From Carcharhinus longimanus (lineage: Eukaryota): a stretch of 63,984 nt of DNA. A model generated the notes under the pieces. It was given only the letters and a program-made list of their open reading frames with translations, was not told the DNA's origin and searched no databases. Shown here in pieces: positions 26,926 to 39,320 of this stretch. The DNA lies in NCBI GenBank assembly GCA_030264375.1, contig JASCQW010000105.1:55362921-55426904 (forward strand), given 5' to 3'. A program made the translations under genes and the position numbers. Position 1 is the stretch's first letter, and each line of letters starts with the position of its first letter.

Positions 26926-27079
26926 GAAGGCCACAGTGTGGCGCAACTCCTGATGGCCCAACTTCACTGGGGTCACTTCCTGCAATTCGACACATTGTTC
27001 AGTGCAAGGTAGGGATAAATATCTGAACAAATTGCAACTTACTTGAAATAAGTCATATGAATGAAGATTTTGTGGCTCA

Positions 27080-27680
27080 TCACTTCTGTAGCCCAAGCTG
27101 CCCTGGCTGTCAGTTATGTCTCCATCGTCGGCCCCCTCTGACTGCTCCATGGCACGCTCCTCACAGGGAATCAGGAGACGGGATCCGGTATTCTCCCACT
27201 CCCTCCTATTATGGGCCATCTTCTCTTGCGGAGCCAAAAGAGGAGATTGAAAGCTTGATGGCTGGAAGATTTCAGGGTATCGGGGGTGGGGGCAATCAGG
27301 TGGTGTCTGTCAGCACGATGCCTTGGCAGGGAATGCCAGCAGGGGTGGAAGCAGGTGCCAGGGTATCGGGTGCTGGGATCACGGGGCGAGGGGTGGTATC
27401 AGTGGATGGATTGATGTGGACATTTCAGGTGCGATAGACGGGACTATTGCCAGGATGGGATGGACACTTACCTTGCTGCCGAACAAGGACAGTCATTTTC
27501 TTTCAACACTGGGCACCGATGATTCATGTCAGCGTGTGGGCACTGACACTCGCTGCCACCACTTCCCAGGCTGCATTGCTGGCCCAACCTCTGGGACATC
27601 AACCATCTCGAGGGAAGAAGATGGCCCTCCTCTCCATCATCCAGTAGCTGTCCCAGCTCTCCCTCCATAAAGCTGCTCTC
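27080..27680 (-). mobile_element. Harbinger Myb/SANT-like ORF remnant (two pieces)
   Basis: Minus strand RRAIFFPRDG*...AAWEVVAASVSA...QC*KKMTVL followed by QEKMAHNRREWENTG. Confidence 0.65.
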
Positions 27681-28224
27681 TGTATGCCATCTCTCTGTAA
27701 TGTGACTGGCTGTGTGTATTGTTAATGTTTAAATGCAGCTGCCTCTTGTCAATGGCACATAGCTGTGGCCACATTGAGTGAATCATGTACCTGGAGCCTC
27801 TGTAACAGCGTGATTCACATGGAGGCTCTTTCATTGCACTGAGTGTTGAAATATTGCGATGTGGAGCACGCCTAAGAGACCGACATGGAACACTCCTGTT
27901 TTCTTACCGTTACGACACTTGGACATTTTTTAGGAAAATTCTGCCCAAAATACTTGTTTGATTTCTCTGCCGTTTCCTTATTCCACATTATAAATTCTCC
28001 TGTCTCTGAATGTAATGGACCCATGCTTGTCTTTGCTAATCTTTTCCTTTTCACATACCTACAGAAGTTTTTACAGTGCATTTTCATATTTCTTGCTAGA
28101 TTGCTTTCAAATTCTACTTTGCTTTTCCTTATCTGTATATAAGCTTACAATTTACTACAGTTTGAAGGGAATGTTGCCCTTTTGGAGGTGCCATCATTTA
28201 TTCCTCACCCAAGATCACTAAAAT

Positions 28225-28390
28225 AGGTTATCTGATCATTATCACATTGCTGTCTGTTGGATACTCCTGTACACAAACTGGTTGCTGTACTTCCTGCTGT
28301 ATAATTGTGAGTGCACTTCACAATTGGTTGTAAAGCACTTTGGGACATTCTAAGGTTGAAAGATGCTATATAAATGCATGTGTCTTTTTT
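28225..28390 (+). mobile_element. DeuSINE (SacSINE1/AmnSINE-like) 3' tail
   Basis: atcattatcacattgctgt...ttggttgtaaagcactttgggacattctaagg...gctatataaatgca; minus-strand relatives at ~43770-43870 and 49513-49973. Confidence 0.65.
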
Positions 28391-28878
28391 TTAAAGAGGG
28401 TTGAAGAACAACCACTGGGTGAAAATGGGATGCTTTCAAGCAACTGGTCCAGAGTGGGAAAGGTGAAGGCCTGGGTACAGGTGGCTCAGCCTCCCTTTTT
28501 CCCATTATTGGTGCAGCCCTGGTGAACTAGGGGATAGTTAAAGTGGTTTGATATCATGGGGGAAGAAAAATATAGGAAAATACAAAATAAGTCAGTATCA
28601 GCCACTTGAAGGAAACAGACGGGCTGGTGCAAAGAAATCTGAGGCAATATATTTTGGGAGGAAAATAAGGAACATTTACGTATTCCGAGAAGAATATGTG
28701 ACCAAATTAGAGATTTTGATCTTTAAACTTTGATTGTACACTTCTGAAGTTGGGTTGAAATCGTGTAGATCTTACACATTTTTCATTAAAGTAACACCAA
28801 TTATGTTGAAAAATGAGGCTCAGTTACTTTTATCCCATTGTAATATGTCACACATAATGATTCCTTTGAATTTTGCAG

Positions 28879-29104
28879 AAATCTAAGATTTCAACGTATG
28901 AAAAAATGTGGGCATTCATGAACAGTCGGAAGCAAACAGCTTTGCTGAAGAACAATGATGAGGGAATTCAACGTGTTCTCACCACTGACTATGCTCTTCT
29001 GATGGAGTCAACCAGTATTGAATACGTGACTCAGCGAAACTGCAACCTGACCCAGATTGGTGGCCTCATTGACTCAAAGGGATATGGCGTTGGAACACCT
29101 ATAG
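28879..29104 (+). CDS. GRIK1: GRIK1 exon: S2 ligand-binding lobe
   Basis: ttttgcag|AAA TCT AAG ... CCT ATA G|gtataa. Translates [75 protein letters not shown]; [13 protein letters not shown] and TPIG are GluK1-type. Confidence 0.97.
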
Positions 29105-29729
29105 GTATAACAATGATCTAATATTTAAATTTTCACCCAGTTAAAAGTATACCATTACTTGGGAATGGTTTCACAGGGAAACATCTGGCCATTCGTGGGT
29201 AATATAGTTGGGGGTTAAGCAGTAGATGCTTCTGCATTTAATTTTGGGAATGGTGCAATACATTAAGCAGGAGGAATTAAAGTAGGAAGAAGGGCTCAAC
29301 AGCCATTTAAAAAGAGTAAAATTCTCCCAATTATGCTTTTTGTTTGAAACCAGAAATTGCTCTTGGCCAAGTAACTCTGCTGCTTTAACTAACAGAATGT
29401 AGCACCATCATGATCATTCACATCCATTGCATTGCCTTCCTTGTACAGTCCATGTCACCAGCCCATAGTTAGCTATAATTCTTGCAATAAGTTGTCAGTT
29501 CAGTGTGTGGAGAAACTGTACATTTGTATAATTATTTTAATACTTGTCTTGAGTAACTGACATTATCAACTGATATTATCCAGTCACTGCTTGTATCTCG
29601 ATAAACTTCAGAACCCCATATTTTATCCAACTCCTGCTTTTACTACTTTATTTCTAACCTTGACCTCCCTAATTCTCCAAAGATTCATTGAATCAAATGT
29701 GGCTCAAAGTTTTGGATTCTGGTTTCATT

Positions 29730-29856
29730 GGGTGGAATTTTATTGGTATGTCCACCCAAGGTTCATATGATCCTACCCAAGGCCAATGGAGAATGCCATT
29801 CTCTGAGCCTCACCCGCTCCCAGAATTGGGGCATGCACACTGGTAAAATTCTGGCC
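29730..29856. mobile_element. PIF/Harbinger-type MITE
   Basis: gggtggaatttta...taaaattctggcc with a 3-bp ATT target-site duplication. Confidence 0.65.
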
Positions 29857-32500
29857 ATTGTCTTCCTTCCAAGTCCATGCCCCTTCACCATCCATGAGTA
29901 TAGGTAAAATCGTGATATTTCAATAAAAGGAACTTAATATACATGGTAATGGTACAATTTTCCAGATTTTCTGCAGTTAAAGGAATGAAGCGCCTTCACT
30001 ATTTTAATCATGCCATCCTTTAATATGCATTTATTTCATCAATTCGCCGTAGGTTACATGAATTCAGTTACTTGTCCTATATTGTCCTCAGGGTATATTT
30101 TCAGTTTGTTTCTCCCAACTGAATAAGGACAACATTTCTTTTGGCCCAGTGACCCCCAGAGCATGTTAACATTGGATTAATATTCATCAACAGATCCTGC
30201 TGCTTTTTGGCTAATGATGCTGTGTCAACAAAATTTTGTACTGAATTTAATGGTCATCACACTGGCCCTATCCTTTGACCAAAATTCCAATGGCAATGTG
30301 CTGTAGCCGCTTCAGGGAGCTGAAAGGTCACCAGGCAATTATCTGCCTGCTATTGGAGGTCCATGCCTATTGCATTAATGGCCACTTCTGGGACTGAAGT
30401 AGCCCCGGTACCAGGAGTAGCACCATGAGACCTATAGGAGAGATAAGCGGGGTGTGTAGTATGATGGGCAGAATCAGAGACTTGGGGGAGATGCAGTAAA
30501 AGGGGCTAATTCCACCTATATGATATGCGACTGAAACACACCATCCTAGAAAGTGATTCAATGTCTCATGATTTTACTCTCCCTTGCAGACCTCATGGCA
30601 AGGAAGCTTACAGTTAGAGATGTTCCTTACCTCAGCAGACTCTGTAAATATTCAGCATTAGCGTAATGAGATAAAAAGTGTGGACATGCTGAGTCAGCTA
30701 GGTGAGCCCCAGCGAGGGGGGAGAGGGAGTGCAGAGGATCAAGGTGGAGCTCAGGTATTTCAGCAGAGCTGGCCCTTGTTGCAGCATGGCCAAAAATACC
30801 AAGGCGGTGGAAATGAGGCCCTTCAATACTTTTAATTTGCCACTTAAGGGCCTCAATTGGCCTAGGGAGGATCTTCCCCACCACTGACTTAACCAGGGAG
30901 AGTCAGGAGAGTAACAGACTGTCCACCCCATGCCTTCTTACCTGATTTAGCAAACCCCACCCAGCTTTCTGGGAAGAATTAAATTCCACCCCTTAGTGCT
31001 GAGGGTTAGTCCATCATATTCAATTTTGCTTTGGAATTTTATTTTTAAATTATTATGATTATTTATTTTAATTGAAAACAATGAGTAAAATATGCAGTAA
31101 AACTGAATACAGTTGCAGGTAAACACAAAGTTTTCATTTCACTAATTACTAGAAGGAACAGAGTCAAAATTAGTGTCTAAGTATATACATTTATATATAT
31201 ATATGTATTTACGTATGAATTATATACTGAATCTTGTCTCCTAGCATTGCTTGGAGAAAAATTCACATTGTTAGATAACCAATTTTCTTTAAGGTCAAAT
31301 CAATTTGATTGTTTATAGCTACTAATTATTTTTTCCTGGTAGAACAATCTCTTTATGCGCAGTCCTCGTTTTATATGATTTTTATAATGAAGTTAAGTAT
31401 CAAAAGCATTAATTTCCAAGAGTTTATTGTGGCACCACCATTGAAATTTCAGTCATAATTACGAGTAAAAGTGGAGTTTAATTGCATAATTGCACTTCAG
31501 TCTTTTGTAAAACGTATTGCTAGTTATGGAAGGAATTACCATGTCCAGTTGAGAAATGAAAAGAGCAGGGAGATGAAACCAAGTTGCATCAGTAATGGTG
31601 TGCTGAGATGGTCAAATGAATGTAAATGACTTACTATTCGAACACCAATTAATTTCATATTTTTATTGATTTTAATTATTATTTTATTTGCCTTTGTTCG
31701 ATAACAGAATCCTTAATTGAATATGGATGTATGATGGACTAATGTTGTAAAGTGCAACTTCAACCCCTAGCTTTGGAGACCCAATCTTAAAACATGACCA
31801 AAGAATGTTAAGACTTGACTTTTTGTCTGAATGGCATCAAAATGAGCTGCAATCAGGGTTGAAAGAGCAAAAATAACTCCATCCTCCGTATCTGCATGTG
31901 TCTAACTCTGGCCTCCTGAGGATTTTTGATTTTAATTGTTGCACTGTTGGTGACTATGCCTTCAATTGACTAGACTGAAACTTTAGAATTCCCTCCCTAA
32001 ACTTCTCTGCCTCTCTACCCCTTTTACCCTTTTAAGATGCTTGTTAAAACATATCAGTTTGCCTTCTGCCATAAAACTGCCTTATATGGCTCATGAATCA
32101 TGGCTTCATGATTCTCCTATGAATTGCCTGGTGATTTTTCTTATATATCAAAGACACTATATAAATTCAATCTGTTGTTAAATTGGTGAGGATGTTCCAA
32201 CCATTGTGGATCAACTTGTTTCTAGATTAGAAATTCATTCTGCTCACTGATCTATATTGGCTCGCTGTCAGGCCATGCTTCAATTTTAAAATTCTCATTC
32301 AAGTTTTGATGCCCCACCATGTCCTCTCTCTCTCCATGTTAGCCTTCTCCAGCCTTTCAGCCAGCTGAGATTTCAGTGTTTCTCTATTTGAGCCTTTTCA
32401 GCGTCCCTGATTTCCACAGCTCCTGGATTGTAACCAAGCCTTCAGCTACCTCGGCCCTACGCTTTTGAATTGACTCCCTAATCTACTCTGCCTCACTTTC

Positions 32501-32820
32501 TGGGCAGCACATGGCACTGTGGTTAGCATTGCTGCCTCACAGTGCCAGGGGTTCAATTCCAGCCTTTGATGACTATCTGTGTGGAGTTTGCATATTCTCC
32601 CCGTGTCTGCATGGGTTTTCTCTGAGTGCTTCGGTTTCCTCCCACAGTGCAAAAATGTGCAAGTTAGGTTGATTAGCTATGGTAAATTGCCCATTCTGTT
32701 AGGGGGATTCATAGAGCAAATACATGGGGTTATGGCGATAGGGCCTGGGTGGGATTTTTGTTGGTACAGGCTTGATAGGCCAAATGGCCTCCTTCTGCAC
32801 TGTAGGGATTGTATGATTCC
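32501..32820 (+). mobile_element. HE1-type V-SINE, full length, inserted in an L2-like tail fragment
   Basis: gggcagcacatggcactgtggttagcattgctgcctcacag...tgtggagtttgcatattctccccgtgtctgc...cactgtagggattgtatgatt. Confidence 0.85.
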
Positions 32821-35519
32821 TCTTTTAAGACATTCCTTAAAGTCTATCTCTTTGGCCAAACTCCTGGTCACATGTCTTAATATCTCTTTATGAGTCTTGA
32901 GATCAAGTTTTGTTTGGTAACACTTCTGTGAAGTACCTTGAGATTACTCCTACTAACGGAATAAATTCAAGTTCATGTTATTTTTCTGATATAATCTAAT
33001 GTTATGATTCTTGAATTGTCCAATTTTTCTGCCACCTTGGTTTACTGCAAAATACCAAATTATCTCCAGTTTCAATGCTTGTTCCTTTGATTTCAAAGCA
33101 AACTCAATTATGGAAGGTCTGGTTCTCTAAACTAATTGTTTAGATTAATACATTCTTGCAATTATTTCTTATTACTGATTTTTTCTTAATTTGTGCAAGT
33201 AATTCCACATCAATTTCTTTGCCTATAGAAGTACCTAGTTACTGATTGTATTTTCTTTGTAGCTTTCTTATTCCCAGTTGCCAAAGCTAATGATCACTTT
33301 TTAATAAATTTGAAATCCTCTGTCAATCTATCCCTTCGAATAGTCGATCACATTTAACAATTTTGAATTTACATTCCAGTTTTAGCTGTCCCAGTGTTGG
33401 CTCTAGTTTATCAATATTGCAGTGACCTCTATCAATCATTCACCAATTTTTTTTTCCATCATGCACATTTTCCCTCCCATAGCCAGTTTCCAAAATGTAT
33501 ATTTCCAATACTGGGTTGCCCACTGGGACCATCAGTAAGATATGGGTACACTCCTCTAAATTTTCTGTCTGTTGGATTTAATTATAATGTGGGAAGTCTG
33601 CCCACAATTTCCAAATACATATTCCAGTGGGAGAGACTTGAAGCTGGAAGTTCTCATTTCCCACGTTCCCCTGATCTTAGTTAAATTGGATGGCAGCAGT
33701 TCAAGAAATAGGAAGGTTCTGCATCTTGCCAATCAGATTACAATATTTCCAGGTGAAGTGAAGGGACATTTTTCATTCCTCTCCCCATTCTATAAATCTG
33801 TGCTGCTTACTTCCCAAGAGCACCTTGGGATACTTTACTGTGTCAGCGAGTGTTTGAGCTGCCACTCCTTGGCCTGTACGGTCTATTTTGATGGGGTCCA
33901 TGGGCGTGGGTGTGAGTAGGACTGTGCTTCCACTGCATAATCATCACATGGAAATTATCCTACGGGTCGACCCTGTCCCCACATTTACTTGTAGGCTTTA
34001 TCTGTCATGCCTTCATAATATATTGCCATCATAACAAGCTGCTTTGAGCAGACAGTAGAGACTTCAATTTGTCACTGTCTCCATCTACCCATTGAAATCA
34101 AAAGGGCCCATCACGTTACTTTTTTGAGCTGAGAATTGCAACTTTAACTTGTCTATCTCCCTTGGATGCGTTGTATGGTCAATTTATTTCTGACTGTTCC
34201 ACGTTTTACTTATTTAAGACTTTCACAGCAGCTTGTGAGTCATTACACCTCAGCTCGATCTCCACAATCCTCCAATTAGTTGCATCTCTTTCTCATACAG
34301 CTCTCACTCTCGATGCGCTTTCTCAAACTGCGCCTGTAACTGCCTCACTTAACTATAATATTTGAACTTCTATTGTTCAGCAACTAAGGCTCTAACATGC
34401 CATGTGTCAGTTTGCTGTTTTGCAGCAGCCAACTGCTGCTTCAGTTTACTGATCTCTGTCTCTTTCTCACACAACCGCTTCATACAACTGGTTATTGCTG
34501 TGGTATTACTTAACTTGGAGACATACTTCCCTTGTCCCATATCAGCTTCTTTCCAGTGTTGCTGATGAGTGGGTCCCTGAACCCTGGAAAACATTATCAG
34601 CATATTCTACCTATTTTGGTCACTTGCCATTCAAATACTCCTGGAATACCTTCTGCCAGCCTTGTACTTCACTAACAATTTTCTATCTGCCTTTGTCCAC
34701 CCACGTCATTTGATTCAACATTATGTGACCAACAAATAGGCAACTTAACCATCGACCACCAGGGACACCAGTTGCCCTCATCAACTGATGCCATGGACAA
34801 AGACTCTCAAATTCTCGAATTATTGACAACAAATCTCCTTTATTGTACTCTACCAAGTTACCAAACATCAAACTTCTTTATACACAAAGTATTTAACCCC
34901 TAACTTACTTTGGTGCAAGGTAACTAACGTCTGACCTATTTTGTTATACAAACAAGTGTTCAAAAAGTATCAAAACTTCACAAAATATCCAAACATGCGT
35001 CTTCGACTCAGAGATACTACCCATGGCAAGACAAACTGATCAGATTCCCTGCTGATGGATTTTGTTCCAACGTGTCCGAGTCTCAGATTCAGAGTCTTTC
35101 TTCCACAGTAGTTGATCCCAGGTTACTGCTGCCGATGTCTCTGTGCCTCTTCTCCTTACAGAGATCATTTTAGCATTGATCATGCTTCCAACTACATGCT
35201 TCAAGAACAACCACTATCTTTTTGTCACAAATATTGAGATTCATCCCTGTATCAGAGGGTCGTAATTCTCTCAGGAACATGGCGCATAGAGATCTGTGTT
35301 CAGTCACTGACTGTTCAGACATAGCAACGGCCACTCTCTTGTCAATTTCTGTGTTTGTGCCATAGCCGCACATCTTGATCTTTGCTGCTCCCACAATCTT
35401 GAGCCTGATACAAAGCGAGCTCCTTCAACCATCAGGTTTTGCTACTGTCTTGACTTCACTGGTGATTTTATGAATACCCATGAAGCCACATATAAATTGA
35501 TTCTAATTTTCTAGATGTA

Positions 35520-35774
35520 TGTTTATGTTGAGGGGGTTGAGCTATGAGGAGAGGCTGAATGAACTAGGCTTGTACTCGTTAGAGTTTAGAAGAATGAGGG
35601 GAGNNNNNNNNNNNNNNNNNNNNNNNNNNNNNNNNNNNNNNNNNNNNNNNNNNNNNNNNNNNNNNNNNNNNNNNNNNNNNNNNNNNNNNNNNNNNNNNNN
35701 NNNGAATGGCGGGGCAGGCTCGAAGGGCCAGATGGCCTACTCCTGCTCCTATTTCTTATGTTCTTATGTTCTTA
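35520..35774 (+). mobile_element. Young CR1 3' fragment spanning a gap
   Basis: LRGLSYEERLNELGLYSLEFRRMRG, then a gap, then a tail nearly identical to 1-73. Confidence 0.85.
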
Positions 35775-36977
35775 TAAATGTATTTCATCCTTATGAAACT
35801 CTGGAGGTAGCACTGTCACACACTTCTTAGTCTTTCCTTCTGCATTAAGCTTTCCTGGTGCTCTGGAATACATGCAGATAAAATACCTCATCTGTAAACA
35901 TGAGCAGGCAACCTCCTTCCTACCATAGTGAAAAAGCAAAGATATTACAAGGCAAAAGTCACATCTGTAGCACTCAGCTTTTGGACATTGCAAGTGCTCT
36001 CAAAGGTCCAAAGTAGCACGTGTGGTGCACATGTACACTTCTGGAGTGACTCGTTGTAAACACCATTGGTAAAGATGCTAGCACGTGATGAGCATCTGCC
36101 AATTTTATGCAGAAGAGCCAGATCATGATGGCAATTAGCATATAATGCTGATTTCATGCAGGCATTGCCCAATCATAGAAACAGACCTGAATGTAGACAT
36201 TTTGTAGCAAATAGCAATCATTGGAAAACACGTTGGGCCGCATGTAAATTTGGCTCCTGGGAGGGTGGGGAGGTATGGTGAAGGGACATGTCCGGCGCTA
36301 CCCTTGAGTGACTTGGCTTTGTTGCCAGAAATGCCTCCTGGCACAGCCCAGCCACTACCCCTGACATTACTCCTGGTACAGCCCTTTTTCTGGCACTGCC
36401 CCCAGGGGGAAGTGTTAGTGGGGACTGCTGGAAAGGGGAGACTCGGCTGGTGAGGTCCATGAGACAAGGTTCCCCATGTCAGAGGGTGGGGGGTACCGGC
36501 GAGAGGAGGGTGAGTGGGAGGTATTGGTAGAGGCATGTATAGAGTGGGGGCGCATCCTTATTTCTGATTCTTGAAGGTCAAGGCACCCTTCTGCATGATT
36601 TTTAAAATTGAGCTTCAAAAAAATCTGGCATGAAAAGCCATGATTGGATTCAGTGGCTACCTATCACATTTCCCACCTAAGTTAACACTCAGTTGACAAA
36701 TGAGAAAAATGTTTTTCGTCATTGTTCAGCCCTTTGATATCAGGAATCTGCCTCATGGCCATTCTTCACATCACCTACAACACTTGGACACCGACTTAAT
36801 CTGTGTCTGCATAATACTCTGATTAGATCACATTTTGAAACTTGATACACTGTCAAACTTGATCATGACTAAATTATAATTTTATATTTTACTCCTTACA
36901 AAGTGCAAAGTTCTATTGGCTTTGGTGATGGTCAGTGAGCAGTGTTTCAACATGTTAAACATCGACTTTAATGTACT

Positions 36978-37279
36978 TGGGCAACATGATGGCACAGTGG
37001 TTAGCTCTGCTACCTCACAGTGACCAGGGACCCAGGTTCAATTCCGACCTTGGGTGATTGTCTGTGTGGAATTTGCACTTTCTCCCTGTGTCTGCATGGG
37101 TTTCCTCCCACAGCGCAAAGATGTGCAGGTTAGGTGGATTGGCCATGCTAAAATTGACCCTTAATGTCAGGGGGACTAGCAGGGTAAATACATGGAATTA
37201 CAGGGTTAGGGCCTGGGTGGGATTATTGTTGGTGCAGGCTTGATGGGCCAAATGGTCTTCTGCACTGTAGGGATTCTAT
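36978..37279 (+). mobile_element. HE1-type V-SINE
   Basis: gggcaacatgatggcacagtggttagc...gggacccaggttcaattcc...ctgcactgtagggattcta. Confidence 0.85.
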
Positions 37280-37813
37280 ACTTTACAGCTCTTTGCATTA
37301 AATTTCACTTGTAAAATGAAGCTCTNNNNNNNNNNNNNNNNNNNNNNNNNNNNNNNNNNNNNNNNNNNNNNNNNNNNNNNNNNNNNNNNNNNNNNNNNNN
37401 NNNNNNNNNNNNNNNNNNNNNNNNNNNNNNNNNNNNNNNNNNNNNNNNNNNNNNNNNNNNNNNNNNNNNNGGATAGTTTGCAGTTCCTCAAAATTGAATA
37501 AATCGGATTATTTAAATCGGTGTATTTACACAGTTCCAGAAAAAATTGAGCCTGAATAAAAATTGAATGAATGAATCAGATTGTTGGGAATTCATCCAAA
37601 ATCCAGTCACTGCATGGCCCCCTTTGAACTCATTCAAGGAGATTAATTTTAGCACATGTTTAAAAATAATAATCCTACTTTGAAGAGAAACACATCATAC
37701 AGGTTTAAGAATAATTATCTAAACTATCATGAAATTTAATTTCCTCATAATTCTTTCTCTGAACCAAGTAATATTTCAATATGAGTTTGCTGCATCTATA
37801 TTTGTTCTTTTAG

Positions 37814-38064
37814 GATCTCCATACAGAGATAAAATCACAATCGCTATCCTGCAGCTCCAGGAGGAAGGAAAGCTCCACATGATGAAAGAGAAATGGTGGC
37901 GTGGAAATGGCTGCCCGGAAGAGGATAACAAAGAAGCAAGTGCCCTCGGTGTTGAAAACATTGGAGGAATCTTTATCGTGCTTGCTGCTGGGCTGGTTCT
38001 CTCGGTCTTTGTTGCCATTGGTGAATTTGTATACAAGTCCAGAAGAAACAGTGATGTTGAACAG
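37814..38064 (+). CDS. GRIK1: GRIK1 exon: end of S2, M4 and proximal C-terminus (last common exon)
   Basis: ttttag|GA TCT CCA TAC ... GAA CAG|gtatgt. Translates [84 protein letters not shown]. Confidence 0.97.
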
Positions 38065-38134
38065 GTATGTTGGTGTGTTTTTGAAGGTAACAGTGTAAAC
38101 GGTGCAATTAAGCATGACTGCCGTGGGGTCTGTT

Positions 38135-38149
38135 AATAAACACAATAAA
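38135..38149 (+). terminator. Tandem AATAAA hexamers at the read-through stop codon just inside the intron (candidate intronic polyadenylation site)
   Basis: AATAAA at 38135-38140 (overlapping stop TAA 38134-38136) and at 38144-38149. Confidence 0.4.
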
Positions 38150-38873
38150 ATTTAAACTCAATGCAAGACACAGATTTGGCCACAGCCATTGAGTAACTTT
38201 CTAAAATATACAGCAGAAAGAACTGAAACTAGAAAGTAACCACGTAACATGGCAAACTAATTGGCCCAGCTAGAAGATCTTACAATGCAGAATTGAAGAG
38301 TGCTGCAACTTGACATTTTGCCTGCAAATCTATTCATGGGGCAAAACCCATTCACAGGTCAGATATGAAAAAGAGTTTGCATATCAGTGAAGTTGAGTTA
38401 AATTAATGTGTCTTAACTTATAATGGTGGTTCAAATTGGCCTCCTGTGCCAGATTAGTAGACAGTAGTTTGGTTTGCAAACGCATAGATATGTTGTGAGG
38501 TGGAATATAGAATGAGAAGTTTCATTTTATTGTACCGTACTTAATATGGTATCTTTATATAAAATGCAGTGATGTCTTGGGTTAGTAGCAGGACTTTGTA
38601 AAGCTAAGCTGCTCTAAAATAGTTTCTATTCAGTGAAAGGAAAGAAATAAGTTTCAACAATCTCACTTTCTGTGGGAAACAGTTGAAAAAAACCACTGTT
38701 GAATATTTTTTAAGTTTAAACTATTTTGAGCCTTTTAAATAATAACCAGAGTACAGGATTTATTTTTACACTTTTCCTTATGTAAATATTCATTAGTCAC
38801 AGGACTCGGCTGTTTGTTGTTAACAATCACTGAAGCCTCGACTAGAGGGCAGCAGTGCTGACCGCAAATGATA

Positions 38874-39320
38874 CTGTAGGTTGGTGGTGTATAAGTCAAC
38901 CCAGAGTTTAAGGTGATCCCCTTTTTCAGTGCCAAAATGCATATTTAAGCCCCTACTTAGCGCATAGATTTACCCTCCACCCGAGCAACATTCCTCAGCT
39001 AATCAATGCATGATTAAAGCTATACTCATAATAGGAGTTGGCTTCAATTTTGCAGCTCAGATGTATGTTTAAGATTACAGTCATCTTGTAAGCCAATGTA
39101 TGAGATTATGCTGGTGATGTGGTCATGTTGCCAAGAAGCTGCTCAAGAATTTATAACATGCCCACAAAGAGCAGGTATTGCAGGTCAGTTGATCAACAGA
39201 AATGGGTCTTCCTGCACCAACACTGCAGTTCACACTTTATGTTCAGCATATAAGTCGACCCCTTTTTTTGGAAGGATTCTTCAGTTATCTTAAGTTCAAC
39301 TTATACATTGCGATCTACGG
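38874..39320. mobile_element. Tc1/mariner(pogo)-type MITE
   Basis: TA|ctgtaggttggtggtgtataagtcaac ... gttcaacttatacattgcgatctacgg|TA; imperfect TIRs with TA flanks. Confidence 0.55.

Noticed and set aside
26616-27237. Repetitive ORFs in six frames; possible CRISPR-like array
   Set aside because: Produced by a tandem minisatellite with no unique spacers; eukaryotic DNA.
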